Source: Mobula birostris (Eukaryota). From it: a DNA stretch of 64,000 nucleotides. The notes under the pieces were generated by a model. The model saw nothing but the letters and a program-made list of their open reading frames with translations, made no database searches and was not told the origin of the DNA. Of this stretch, positions 1 to 12,593 are shown one piece after another; the stretch's first letter is position 1, and every line of letters begins with the position of its first letter. The position numbers and the translations under genes are program-made. The stretch is from positions 26,233,629 to 26,297,628 of the forward strand of contig NC_092384.1 in the NCBI RefSeq assembly GCF_030028105.1, read 5' to 3'.

Positions 1-551
1 TGGGCCGAAGAGCCTGTCACTGTGCTGTGGTACACTATGATTCTGTAATCTACAGTCAGTTATAGATCTTTAAGAAAAAAAGTGTTTGATTTCAGAATAT
101 GCTGCCTTTGATAAGTCCAACATCTTGCTTCCACTCCGTGTTGCCCATGCAGTGATTTCCATACGGCTACAGAGATCCAGCACAGGCTCTTCAACTCATC
201 AAGCCTGACTGATCACCCCACATCATGTTTCCATCACCTAACCACCCTAATCCTACCATCACGCATTTTGTCCAAATTTCCATCAACCCACCTACACCTA
301 GATGAGGACAAGCAGATGTACAAGATGTTGGTTAGGCTACACGTGAACAATGAGTGCAGTTCTGATCACTACACTATTGAACCCCGGTGTTTGAATCCAT
401 CTTCATTATCCCTGATAACATCATCTAAATACCTAGTGGCATGGAGTCAATGTAATTATCGATATATCTCTGTCATTCCTTCAATATCAATCCCAGCTAA
501 AGGGAACATCTACCTCCTATAAAAGCTGAGAGACAGATATTCTATTCCCAC

Positions 552-1517
552 TGGTGCAGCTCAGGGGTGTGTGCTTAGCCCACTGCTCTACTCTCTATAT
601 ACACATGACTGTGTGGCTCGGCATAGCTCAAATACAATCCATAAATTTGCTGATGATACAACCATTGTTGGTAGAATCTCAGATGGAGACGAGAGGGTGT
701 ACAGGAGCGAGATATGCCAACCAGTGGAGTGGTGTCGCAGCAACAACCTTGTACTCAATGTCAGTAAAACAAAAGAGCTGATTGTGGACTTCAGGAAGGG
801 TAAGATGAAGGAACGCATACCAATCCTCATTGAGAGATCAGAAATGGAGAGAGTGAACAGTTTCAAGTTCCTGGGTGTCAAGATCTCTGAGGATCGAACC
901 TGATCCCAACATATTGATGCAGCTATAAAGAAGGCAAAACAGAAAATATACTTCATTAGGAATTTGAAGAGATTTGGTATGTCAACAAAAACACTTAAAA
1001 ACCTCTATAAATGTACCATGGAGAGCATTCTGACAGGCTGCATCACTGTCTGCTATGAGGAGGCCACTGCACAGGATTGAAAGAAGCTGCAGAGGGTTGT
1101 AGATTTAGTCAGCTTCATCTTGGGTACTAGCCTGCAAAGTACCCAGGACATCTTCAAGGAGCGGTGTCTCAGAAAGACAGCGTCCATTATTAACCTCCAG
1201 CACCCAGGACATGCCCTTTTCTCACTGTTACCATCAGGTAGGAGGTACAGAAGCCTGAAGGCACACACTCAGTGAGTCAGGAACAGCTTCTTCCCCTCTG
1301 CCATCCAGTTGCCAAATGGACATTGAACCTGTGAACACTACCTCACTTTTTAAAATACATATTATTTCTGTTTTTGCATTATTTTTAACCTATTCAATAT
1401 ATATATAGTAATTGATTGATTGATTCTCTTCTATATTATATATTGCATTGCACTGCTGTTGCTAAGTTAACAAATTTCACGACACATGCCAGTGATAATA
1501 AACTTGATTCTGATTAT
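552..1517 (+). mobile_element. 5'-truncated Rex1/Babar-like LINE (RT fragment plus (ATTCTG)n tail)
   Basis: ORF 571-903 reads LSPLLYSLYTHDC...KFADDTT...KTKELIVDFRK...SFKFLG; ends with AATAAA plus gattctgatt tail. Confidence 0.8.
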
Positions 1518-1679
1518 AAAACTGTTAAAACTATTACTAACTAAAGTATCAACTGTGGGAGCACTGAAATTGATATCATTTGTGACATCAGCACAAGAAC
1601 GTGAATGACCCCCAACCTCATCAACAATAGACACTCATTATTATCAGATATTGCAACAGCTCCAGAAAGGAGGAAGGAG

Positions 1680-2070
1680 ATGTTCATCATGATGTTCCCT
1701 GGAATGAAGGTCTTTAGTTATAAGGAAAGATTGGATAGGCTGGGATTGTCCTCACAGGAGTGCAGGAATCTGAAGGGTTTATAAAAGAATGAGGGGATGA
1801 GGTTGGGTACAGTCACAGCACATTTCCAGAGGTAGGGGACTCTAAAACTACAGGACATGGATTGAAGTGAGGAAGGAAAGGTTTAAAGGAGATCTGAGGA
1901 GAATGTTTTTCACACGGGGTGGTGAATATGTGGACGGGCCTCTGGAGAAGAAGGTAGAGATGGATGCAATCCCAGCATTCTTGAAGCATTTGGACAGGTT
2001 GATGTGTAGGACAGGATGAGGGCCAAAGTGTAGATGAATTTCTTGTCTGGCATGGACAACTTGGGTCAAC
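1680..2070 (+). mobile_element. Old CR1 LINE 3' fragment (mirror copy ~38460-38850)
   Basis: Degenerate CR1 3' motifs: ttataaggaaagattggataggctggg ... tttaaaggagatctgagg ... tttttcacac. Confidence 0.6.
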
Positions 2071-2345
2071 TCAGGAGCCTGGGAAGAGCACATCAGATAA
2101 TACCCTGTGACCTGAAATGGAATTAATGCCTTATGGAAAGAAAACACTTCTAATAGTTCACTGCTCTTCAGCATTGTACTAAAGTGGCATGTTGGATTTT
2201 GTGCTCAGATCTCTGCAGTAGGACACAAATGTACAGCTTTCTGACTGAGAATGCTATTCATTCAGTCAGGACTAACATGAAACTAAATAAGGTGACTTTA
2301 AAGAAACATTGCGAAAGGTGGATCCAAATCCCATTTCAGTGATGG

Positions 2346-2387
2346 CGTCAGAGTGACGTTGAAGTTAATAAATCCAGTCGATATAAA
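2346..2387 (+). promoter_or_regulatory. Putative AgRP copy 1 core promoter: CRE half-sites (CGTCA 2346-2350, TGACG ~2354-2358) and TATAAA 2382-2387
   Basis: TATA lies ~105 nt upstream of a donor cag|GTAAAT (2492/2493). The intron ends at cctgcag (2664), 5 nt before the ATG, consistent with a short non-coding first exon. Confidence 0.55.
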
Positions 2388-2669
2388 CTAGGAACTGTGA
2401 ACACAGGAGTTCAAAAAAGAATAGCAGCTCTCAGCAACCACCGACTGGGGAAGGAAAAAGTTCACTTTCACTTCATGAGCTGTTCCTTGCAGGTAAATGG
2501 AGATTATTAAATCAAAGTGATTTCTGAGATCCAACTTCAGCAGATGCGTTATACGCTGATGATAGAGAGAGTAGGGTTATTGCTCAGTGTATTAATAGAA
2601 ACAGATTATTTTTCTTGTGGTGGGGTGTTGCTGCCCTGCTGAGTGTTGTGCCATTATCCTGCAGGTATC

Positions 2670-2826
2670 ATGGTTAATGCCATGCTGCTCTACTGCTGTG
2701 CTCTACAGCTCATTCTCTGCTTCGGTGCCATCAGAGCTGAACTGGATTCCAACGCCATTAGAGATGTGACCACAAATGCCGACTTTACATCCCTGAGCAG
2801 GGGCAAGACCCTATTTTCTGCTGCAG
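2670..2826 (+). CDS. agrp: Agouti-related protein copy 1, coding exon 1 (signal peptide)
   Basis: MVNAMLLYCCALQLILCFGAIRA... hydrophobic signal; 157 nt; phase-1 donor gcag|GTGGGT. Confidence 0.88.
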
Positions 2827-3550
2827 GTGGGTATTAACCATCTCCATTTAATTCTGCACTCTCTGCATTAATCCTGGTCTGAGGCTCTCAGCGTGACTAA
2901 TTATCTACTGCTTCAGTCGCAGTTGACTGTTGCATTTTATCCAAGAATATTGAATGGATTTATGACTCCAGTGGGAGAGCGTGGTACAGGGTCCACATAG
3001 GAAACCTACAAAAATATATTTCACTGGAAGAAAAATAAGTGACCAGCTCTTGTTTAAAGTGAAGCCAATACTCTCATTCAATGTACATAGGCAGTTTGTT
3101 AGAGTAGTCTCTAATTAGCAATGTAGAACTCATTTTGGATATCCCTGACATTACACCCAGAACATACTTCTGTTGTGCTCTGTCACCTTTAGAAATAATT
3201 TACTCTTAAACCTCACTTTACCATTAAGTGAGTCTCCTGTATGGCTGAGAGTCTGTTGGAGATTGAGTGCCTTTCTATTGTCTCTTATTCTTTGTTCTTA
3301 CAGTTCACTCTGTCAGTTTTGTTTGTCAGTACTCACTTAATTCTTCGGTTCTTCTCCAAACTTCTGGGGAATGTTAATGTGGTAGAACACAAATCCTTTG
3401 AGAAAGAAAGAGAATGGTTTGTGCGGCAGCCTTTATTTTAGGTCAATATTATTGCCATCTACCAAGTCACCATTTCATGCACTGAAATTTAATGTTTGCA
3501 TGAACAACAGGATAGACATTTGACGAATTCTGTTAATGTTGTGAATTCAG

Positions 3551-3618
3551 GTCCACTGACTAAACCCACATTGGAAAAAGAACATCAAATGTCAGAAAAG
3601 ATTATGCTCAAATCTGAG
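3551..3618 (+). CDS. agrp: Agouti-related protein copy 1, coding exon 2
   Basis: ttcAG|gtcca...tctgag|GTAAAT; 68 nt; phases join exons 1 and 3 in frame (GPLTKPTLEKEHQMSEKIMLKSE). Confidence 0.8.
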
Positions 3619-4397
3619 GTAAATCCAGTTTTTATATAGTATCGTTCCAAAGGCAGAGTGACTGATATCCAGCAAACTGATTAAGTTTTAATTACATTTC
3701 AAATTTGACTTTTTATAACAAATATTGTAAAATATAATACGATTTAAAGCTGAAGCATCAGCAGTTCAATTAAATTCTGTTATTCACTGTTCTGGCCCAA
3801 CATTAGTACACAATCATCTGCTATTTAATATTTAGGATTCTTTAATATGAATTGTGCTTATTTAATATAAAATTGTTTCTTAGTTAAAATAAATGAAAAT
3901 TATGAATGAGGAAATATTCTCACACAGTTTTTAATCCCAACGTCACTCTGACATTGGGGTACCTTAGGTGTTTCTGCGATCATGTTCTGTCCTCTCCAGC
4001 ACCAGCAAGACCTGCATTTTTCAGCCTCAACTAATCTGTTATGAGGACATTTCTGTTGCCTTGTGTTTCTTAAAGCAGAGTAAGCTGGAGACATCTGCCT
4101 ATTGACAGGCTTAGCTCTGCTGAATGCCAAGACACCCTCCTTACCCGGGCTAGCCCAGGTTGGTTTAACCACTCCCTGACTTATGTATGGAAGAGGTAAT
4201 GCTGGTTTACATAGTCCCAGGGTTACAGCATTATATCTCCTTAAAGAACGAGGAGACCACTTGGCTCACAGGGTATATAGTTGGTAGTCCATGCTTAAAT
4301 GTTAAATGCGACTAGTTGTTCTTGTTGCAGAATTGGAGAAATTGAAAATGGTATGTGACATTTCATATTCTGTAAACTTTAACATTTTCCCTTACAG

Positions 4398-4586
4398 CTG
4401 ATGTTTGATGTAGTCGAGATGGATAGATCAGAGCATTCGCCCGGGAGATGCGTTCGACACCTAGAGTCCTGCTTTGGCCATGCTCTACCTTGCTGTGATC
4501 CATGCGCCATTTGTTACTGCAGATTCTTTAATGCTATTTGTTACTGCAGGAAAATCGGTAGTGACTGTGACCAGGGCAAGAACTAG
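4398..4586 (+). CDS. agrp: Agouti-related protein copy 1, coding exon 3 (10-Cys inhibitor cystine knot with RFF); total CDS 137 aa
   Basis: RCVRHLESCFGHALPCCDPCAICYCRFFNAICYCRKIGSDC has the AgRP C-x6-C-x6-CC spacing, the RFFN loop and a C-terminal extension; acceptor cttacAG; AATAAA at 4691-4696. Confidence 0.95.
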   Translation: MMFDVVEMDRSEHSPGRCVRHLESCFGHALPCCDPCAICYCRFFNAICYCRKIGSDCDQGKN

Positions 4587-6289
4587 CTTTGTACTTGTTC
4601 TCTCTGTTGACAACTTTTCTGTTTTAGATATAAACAGATTTATATTACGTTATGTTGCTTTCCATGTGCAACTTGTAAGTTTGCAGTTGAAATAAACATT
4701 TTACTTTGATGAGAAGGACAAATTTGCAGTGGAGTGCAGCCCAGCCCAGCTCAGCTCTTAATTTAGTGTGAGAGAGTCATAGAGCACTACAGCCTAGAAA
4801 TAGGCTCTTCAGCCCATCTAGTCCATGCCAAACTGGTCTTCTGCCTAGTCCCTAAACCATAGCCCTCTATACCCCTCTTATCCTTGTACCTGTGCAAACT
4901 TTTCTTAAACTCCTGTTGTGATAGGAAATAATGGATCTACCAGTAATTTGTCACAAATGCCCCAAAATTTCTAATGACAGAGAGAATTTGGTGATTTATT
5001 TGTCTAATTTAAAGCTCAATTTTTACCATACGGTTAAAGGGCGATTACAAAATTCCTTAAATTTGCTACCAGTTATTTGGGGGGAGGTGGAGGACTCTGT
5101 TACATTTTGTAGAATACAAATGTATTACACAGGAGTGTCTTTCTTTGCACTTTGAACAGAAACTTTAACCATGTCTACTTAAATAAACAATGTAATTTCA
5201 ATTCTGCAATATCGCACCAATTAAAAATTTAAATATTGTTCATCTTTAGTTGATAGCGATGACCTAGAGGGCACTCATGTTGCTGAAATATACTTCTGCT
5301 TGCGGAAGCTGCTTCTAGATTCTCAGTCTGGTACAAATTTAGGACCTGAGATTGATTATCTCATGGGTTTGGCATTACCGATTTTCAACCTGTTGAGTTC
5401 CTCCAGCCTGTTGTGAGTGGTGTTTTGACCCCAGCATCTGCAGATTATTTTGTGTTCTGAGGGAGAAAAGCCTGCTTGCATTTAACCTATCTATACCTTT
5501 CATAATTTTGTACACCTCTAGCAAATCCCCCCACATTCTCCTATGCTGCTAACTTATTCACTCTTTCCCTATAACTCATATATTACTTAGATTTATTAAT
5601 AACTTATAATTCCAGACAGGCCTTAAAGAACAACACAGGTTCAGAATTCATGTTGAAGAAGTACATTTATTTTCATTTGCATTTCACATGTTGATTTGCA
5701 CTTAGTTGTCAGCAATGGTGCTATCGATCCAGTCCCTCAGCTCCGTCACGCGGGCATAGACACCAGGAGTGCTGGTGGAGCAATAGCCACTGCCCCAGGA
5801 AACGATGCCAACCAAGTTCCAGACGTTGTCCTTCTGACAGACAAGTGGGTCGTCAGAGTCACCCTGTAAACGAGTCACAGCCTCAGACTTGGTCTCATTG
5901 CCTTTTTGCAACTTGAAAGAGGTTGAAGTACTTTGAAAAGGTTTCATACCATGCAAGACGAGGCACCAGCTGCCCCAGCGCAGATCATGACATCGGTGAC
6001 ACTGCTACCCCAGTAGTTCCTGCAGTTCACGTTGGAGAGGAGCGGAAGAGCAGCTTGCTGAAGTTGGTTAGGTCGCTCAGCAGCTGTGGAAATGTTAGAT
6101 GATACTTCAATCAGTTTTGCTTTATTTTTAAGGGTCATACTCCAATGAAAGTAAAAGGGTATATTTTCAGCCATTAGAAACCTTTTATAAACCTACTGAT
6201 TGACTATACCTCTTTCCGGCCTGTCTCCCTTTTCTCAGTTCTTGTGCTTCCACTGTATCTATTGCCAGGATAAGGCTTTTCTTTCCAGG

Positions 6290-7915
6290 ACAGGGAGGAG
6301 GTGAACGGCGAGGTGTAGCATTTCTGTTGCATGCAGGGATATGTGAGAGAGACTAGTGGGGAGGGCTGAATGGACAAAGGAATCATGGAGGGAGCAATCC
6401 CTATGAAACGCGGATAGTGGGGGAGGGGGGGTAAAGATGTGTTTGGTGCTAGGATCCCACTGAAGATGTGGAGAGTGGAGGGAAGGTAACGATGTGTTGG
6501 TGGTAGGATCTCTTTGCAGACGGCGGAAGTTGTGGAGAATGATGCGTTGGGTGCAGTGGCTCATGAGGTGACAGGTCAGGACAAGAGGAACTCTATCCCT
6601 GTTCAGGTGGCAGGAAGATGGGGTGGACGTGGATGTCCGGGAAATGGAGGAGATGCAGGTGAGGAAGAGAAACCCTGTCCTTTGTCCTTATCCCTGGGAC
6701 AGATGCGACAGAGGTGAAGGAACTGAGCAAAGGGAATGGCGTTTTTACAGGAGATCGGGTGGAAATAGTATCGTCAAAATAGCCGTGGGAATCACCAGGT
6801 TTATAAAAGATGTCAGTAGATAGTTGGTCTCCAGAGATGGAGACAGAGAGATCGAGAAAGGGGAAGGAGGTGTCAGAAATGGACCAAGTGAATTTAAGGG
6901 TAGGGTGGAAGTTGAAGGCAAAGTTTATGATATTGATGAGCTCAGCATGAAGGTGTGAAGCAGCATCTGTGCAGTTGTCAATGTAGTGCAGAAAGAATTG
7001 GGGAGTTTGACCAGAGAAGACTTGGAACATGGACCGCTCTACGCAGCCAGTGAAAAGGTAGGCGTAGCTGGGGCCCATACAGGTACTCACGGCTACCCCT
7101 AGAGTTTGGAAAAAGTGAGAGGGACCAAAGGAGAAATTGTTAAGGGTGGGGACCAGTTCTGCTAGACAAGAAGGTATTGATGGAGGGGAACTGGTTGGGT
7201 CTTTTGGAGGGAAAAATACAGAGAACTTTAAGGCCTTCTTGATGGGGGATAGAAAGTTATAGGGACTGGACATCCATGGTGAAAATGAGGTGGTCACGGC
7301 AGGGAATTGAACATTATTGAGGAGATCGCAAGCATGAAAAGTGTTGCTGTGTTGATCTGGGAAAGGACTGGACCAAGGGGGATATAATGGAGTTGAGGTA
7401 TGTGGACATGAGTTCAGTGGGGCAGGAGATGGCAGAGACAATGGTCTTACTCGTACAGTCACGTTTGTGGATCTTGGGTAGAAGGTAGAAACAAGCATTG
7501 CGGGTTAAGGAAACTATCAGTTTGGTGGCAGTGAATGTGAGATCAATGATGGCGACACTGAGGGTCCAGAATATGGTCCTTTTCAAGGAGGTGTCTTGAG
7601 AGTTTCCGACTGGTATCAGCAAGGTCGAGGTCAGTCTGCCACTCAGCAATAGCACCCCCTTTGTCTGCAGGTTTGCTGGTAAGGTTGTGGTTGGTGTGGA
7701 GAGAGTGGCAGGCAGTGCATTCAGAGGGAGTAAGGCTGGAGGAGGAGGAGAGGAGTGCTGAAATTGTGGCAGTTGATGTTTCATTGGGAATTACAGATGA
7801 AAAGATCTGGAGGTGGCAGAGAACCAGAGCGGGATGTCCAAGAGAAGGTGTAGGATTGGATATGGGAGGAGGGGCCATTGGTGCAGTGGACTGAGGGCCT
7901 GACAATGGAGGGGGC
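6290..7915 (-). mobile_element. Degenerate Penelope-like retroelement fragment in chymotrypsinogen A intron 5
   Basis: KPADKGGA, FYLLPKIHK, MGPSYAYLF, HYIDNC, FHPTLKFTWSIS, PFLDL: Penelope-type RT motifs, frameshifted. Confidence 0.85.
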
Positions 7916-7919
7916 AAAA

Positions 7920-9320
7920 CTCGTCCTACATTTGGGAAGGTGACAGTGAGAGAGCACTTAGGGACCAGTGACTATATTTCTAATAGTTATTAAAGGGTTA
8001 TGGAAAGGAACAGAACTGGTCCACAGGTTCAAGTTCTAAGCTGGGGCAAGGATAATTTTAACAGTATGAGACAGGAGGTTGCAACGATTGTTTGGGGTAG
8101 GTAGTTTGTTGGCACAGAGCCCACAGGTAAGTGGGAGTCTTTTAAAAGTGATCTAGTAAGATCTCAAAGCCTACATGTTCCTGTTGGAGCATAGGGCAAG
8201 GCAGGCAGGAGTACAGAACCTTGGACAATGAGGGATATTGAGGCTCTGACCCTGGAGAAAACGAGGCATAGGTTTGTACAAGCAGCTGAGATCAAGCAAT
8301 TCTCTGGAGGGATATAGGGCAAACAGGGGGCACGAGGGATTTTTGACAGAGAATATGAATAAAATTCTACACAGATTGTATGTATATTAACGTAGAAACG
8401 GAATAAGGCCCCTCAAAGATCACAAGGACATATCTTTGTGTGGAGCCACAGGAGGCAGGCATAGTCCTTAATGAATATCTCTCCTCTGTTATTTTTTAAC
8501 CACAGAGAGTTTTATGAATGGCAGGGCACTGGGGAGTGGTGTAGAGCAGAGTGCAAGTCACAGGTAGGTGAGGAGGTGAAGAAGGCTTTTGACACACTGG
8601 CCTTTGTCTCTCAGGCCACTGAGTAGAGAAGTTGGGAAGTCATGTCATGTTGTGGTTGTATTGGACGCTGGTAAGACTGCTCTTGGAATATTGTATTCAT
8701 TTTTGGTCGCCTTGTTGTAGTAAAGGTGTTGTTAGACTGGAAGAGGTATAAAAAAGATTTATAAGGATGCTGCCAGGATTTGAATAACTGAATTATAGGG
8801 AGAGGTTGAAGAAGCTAGGACTTTATTCCTTAGAGCATTAAGGACTGAAGATGATCTTATAGAGAGGTATAAAATCATGAGTGGCAAAGATAGGGTGAAT
8901 GTATTCCGTCTTTTTCCTCAGAGTTGGGACATCAAGACCAAGAGGGCATAGGTTTAAGGTGAGAGTGGAAAGATTTCAGAGAAACTTCAGGGACAACCTT
9001 TTTTGTTCCACAAAGGGTGGTATCTATGCAGAATCAGCTACTAGAAGAAGTGGTAAGGCAAATATAATGACAAACTTTTTAAAGACAGTTGGACAGGTAC
9101 ATGGATTGGAAAGGATTAGAAAGTTATACACATGGATTAAAGAGGTTTTGAAGGTTATGGGACCATGGACTGGAAAGGTTTAGAAGGTTCTTGGTCCATG
9201 GATCAGAAAGGTTTAGAAAGTTATGGGCCAAACATTGGCAAATGGCACTAAATTGGATGGGGTATCTTAGTCTGCTTGGACCAATTGGGCAGAAGGACCC
9301 ATTTCCAATCTATATGACAC
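7920..9320 (+). mobile_element. Degraded CR1 LINE fragments in intron 5 (longer version 27600-30250 on - in copy B; 45430-46520 in copy C)
   Basis: CR1 ORF2/3' motifs (gagcacttagggaccagtgac; RPRGHRFKVR; ggtaagactgctcttggaatattg). Confidence 0.7.
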
Positions 9321-10191
9321 TGTGAACACCCTATCACTGGATCAGTTGTAGAAGCCCACAATATCCCTCTGATGAACAGAATTATCCTGTTCCTTGACCA
9401 GAGAAACTTGTTGCAGCCATGAAGTATTATTCATAGCATAACCTTCCAGATTGCCAATCATCTTGGGAATCTATCCACTGCTCCCTGTCAGGGTAAGGGT
9501 ACAAAGGCACAGAGCTCGGAACTGCAACACTGTAATTTGTAAAGTTTTGAACTGACGTACGGTAAGCACGAGTCCTTCCCCATCCCGTTGTGACACACAT
9601 CATGCCAGCAGGGTAGTTATCAGATACAGCGGCGAGACAGACTGGCGACACATGACTGTTGAACTGAACGGGGGTTGCAAGCTTCACCACAGAAACATCA
9701 TAATTAATGGTGGATGGGTTCCACTTGGGGTGTGTAATGACCTGTAACAGAGAGAACATGGATGATGGCTGTGCCTAGTACTCATCTTTCACAGTTGGCA
9801 CTTGCTTGAGACCGATAACTTCAGACTGTCCTGGATTTCATGTCAATGCAGCTGCACTCATGAATGGGGAATTGCTTATTCAAAATAGAATTCAGAAGTC
9901 CTTCATTAGAAAACAAAGTCAGCAATTTAAAGAAAAATTGATAGACTTACAAGCTGGAATTGGAAATAAGTGGCTGTATTCTGTGGTTTACCATCACACT
10001 GGTGCTGTTGTCTTGTATAAAACATCTTCAGTTTTTCCTTTCTGAATTTGATTAACCTTTTTGAGATAATTAGTTTTTTTAGTTGCCCAGACACTTCAAT
10101 CAAGCCAGCAGTTCATGTGCTCATTTCTAAACTCTATATGAGCAAAACAGCAATCACCTCAGCACAATAGACAACAATTTCTCATTGCATG

Positions 10192-11478
10192 TACATCTGT
10201 CTCAATTGCTAATGAACTTCTTGCAAACTACTCAACACCAGGACAGAACGGTGGTCAGAAGACAAAAAGGAGATGCAAAAATCATTCAGAAGTGTCAGCA
10301 ATCAATCCCAAATCATTGACTCAAAATGGCTCTGCTTTGCAACGGATTAAGCAATCGTTGGTAATCTGTTGATACACCAACCTTATCTAGGACAAGGAGA
10401 CAAAGGACGAATCATGTAGAGAAAAGGGTGCCAGTCCAGCTACCAGGCCAGGGAGGTTCAAACGTTACCATGTGTGCAGCCATAGAGACACTGGCATTCT
10501 GGCATACAGCCCAAAGACTGGACCTTATACCACCCCACACATTATCAAATTCCCTGATGGGCTTTACAGGCAACCCTTAGTGAACAGGACGCCAGGATCA
10601 ATGGCCACTCTATGTCATCATGTGGGACAATATATCTTTCCACCATTCATCTGCAGTGACTGGCTGGTTTCAGGCTTATCTATTCATGTTCGTTAAACTC
10701 TTTTCACTGCACTCCCCATTCCTCAACTCTCCTGGGTTTTTCCCTTCCTGCAGATGGCAGGCGTTATTACGACCAAAGGCTGCTGATGGACAGTATGATT
10801 GAGGATCACCATGCAGACGTCCAGGGCTGGATTGGGCATCCCGGGGGTGCATTGCTAGGGAGCACATTTGATGTGATGTTGATGAAAACATGATGCCAAA
10901 CCAGGGACAAAATAGATCAGAGATGACCATTATTGTACGGCATTTCTGTTATCAGAGATGAATGATTTTTCTCTTCTAAAGGTGTGGTCAATTTTGTCTT
11001 TGACTTTCATGTAACAACAGTTGAGATTCCAGACTGTGTGTGTAGGTTTGCATTCTTGCCTCTCATCCTGTTGATCCTTCAAAGTTCTTACTCAAGATTG
11101 GAGTTGTAATCATTGTATTTACAATAATAGACAAAGTGTCTTGATCTCTGGCGTTATACAGAGTATGCACCAAGCATCACAATGTATGACTGACTACACT
11201 GATCATGTTATGCCTCTTTGAGAAGGGTGGCCAGTGTCTTGCCAGTGATTACCCAGTGATCACTGATATGTGTTAGTGATGTAATGCTGTGTGCTACTGT
11301 TTTAATTGAATTATTCACTTTTGCTGCAAATATTTATTGTTTTGACTTGCTGAGTGTAATTTGCAGTGAGGATGAGGAGTTTTGCACAATGGATTAGTCC
11401 TTTGCAGCCTGTGTTGACTGTTTAGAGAATGTGGCTACTGTTTTGAACAGTGTGGTTAAGCGACCGAGAAAAACTGTA
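10192..11478 (+). mobile_element. Old Tc1/IS630-superfamily DNA transposon remnant in intron 4
   Basis: Remnant translation SNVTMCAAI..GPY..; HSPFLN..FF..W; QGWI..CIARE.I.CDVDE. Right end gagaaaaactg-TA and left end TA-catctgtctcaattgct resemble terminal inverted repeats. Mirror copy in D at 55847-60281. Confidence 0.6.
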
Positions 11479-12593
11479 ATAGGACTAATAGTATGTTCTC
11501 TTTTAATTTGATCTAACATGGCCATAATACCAAGCATTAATGACTTAAGTTAGTTCTCACTTGATATAAGTGAGATAGGAATAAGACTTTAGTTTATTTT
11601 GTTGGTTCCAAGCTATAAGTATTCAACAGTCTTGAGGCTGACTTCATTTTGTTCTGGCTGAGAGCCTAATGATTTGTCAGCATTGACATTTCCAGAGAGG
11701 TCATGCATTCCAACGTGAAATATCTAATCTGTTTGCTTCATGTTTGTACTTATGACTGAGTTTGTCTTTTCACTTACTACACTGCAAGTAACATTTATTG
11801 CTGGAAGGCCCATGTGTCAGGGTATTGGGGCTAGTGCAGAGGAAAATTAATCTGATTAAAACTGGGGCCCCAACGCCTGAGGGAGGTGACATGTAATAAT
11901 CTTTTATCATCTTTGTCAGCACCTGAAATAATCCTTGCTTTTGCTTGTTATTGATATCTTGTGATTCTATTATTGGTGGTATGAAGTTTATCATGGTGAG
12001 GCATATTCATATTGGAGATTGAAACCACTTCCGGCATTGGACACCCCTTACTAAGATCCTGTGTCCTGTCTGATTGGCATCCATCTCTGCACATCATTTT
12101 GGATCCTAACAGTACTGTAGCCTGAATTTGACCTGAATTTAAACAAATTCCTAGTTTTACAGGGAAATACGTACCTTAGCAATGGACATGGATTTCTGGC
12201 TGGCTTCAGCATTTGAGCTTTTGTCATGGGCACCAACAATAGCAAAGTCGTTCGTACTGTATGTGGCAAAAGAAAAACAAAAGCAGTGACAGAGTTTGCT
12301 TGTTGCAAGATACCAGCAACTCCAAGCTTCATCAGTGGTAGGGTGGGTGGGGGTTGTGGAGGGAAAATTGTACTTTCCAGCCAACGATTTCCCAAACTAT
12401 TCATACCAGGATCTTCCCTCGTTAGGTCAATGTTCATGCCCACAAGTGCAATTTTTCTTTGCCTCATATATCACTTTGAACAAAAATATCAGTTAAAGCT
12501 GCATCATCCCTCAGGAATTAGAGAATGATTCACCAGCACATTTCTTTCTCTCTTTGTAGGTGCTAAGACTTACCTCACGCCACAATGTGCAGC

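Noticed and set aside
96-522. ORFs 268-522, 40013-40219, 63369-63584 and 63551-63805 recurring in three places
   Set aside because: Recurrence is explained by segmental duplication; the frames are broken differently between copies and no protein family is recognisable.
4398-4586. ASIP or AgRP2 identity for the agouti-family gene
   Set aside because: C-x6-C-x6-CC spacing, CCDPCA, RFFNA and residues after the last Cys match AgRP (AgRP1 type); there is no long basic domain as in ASIP.
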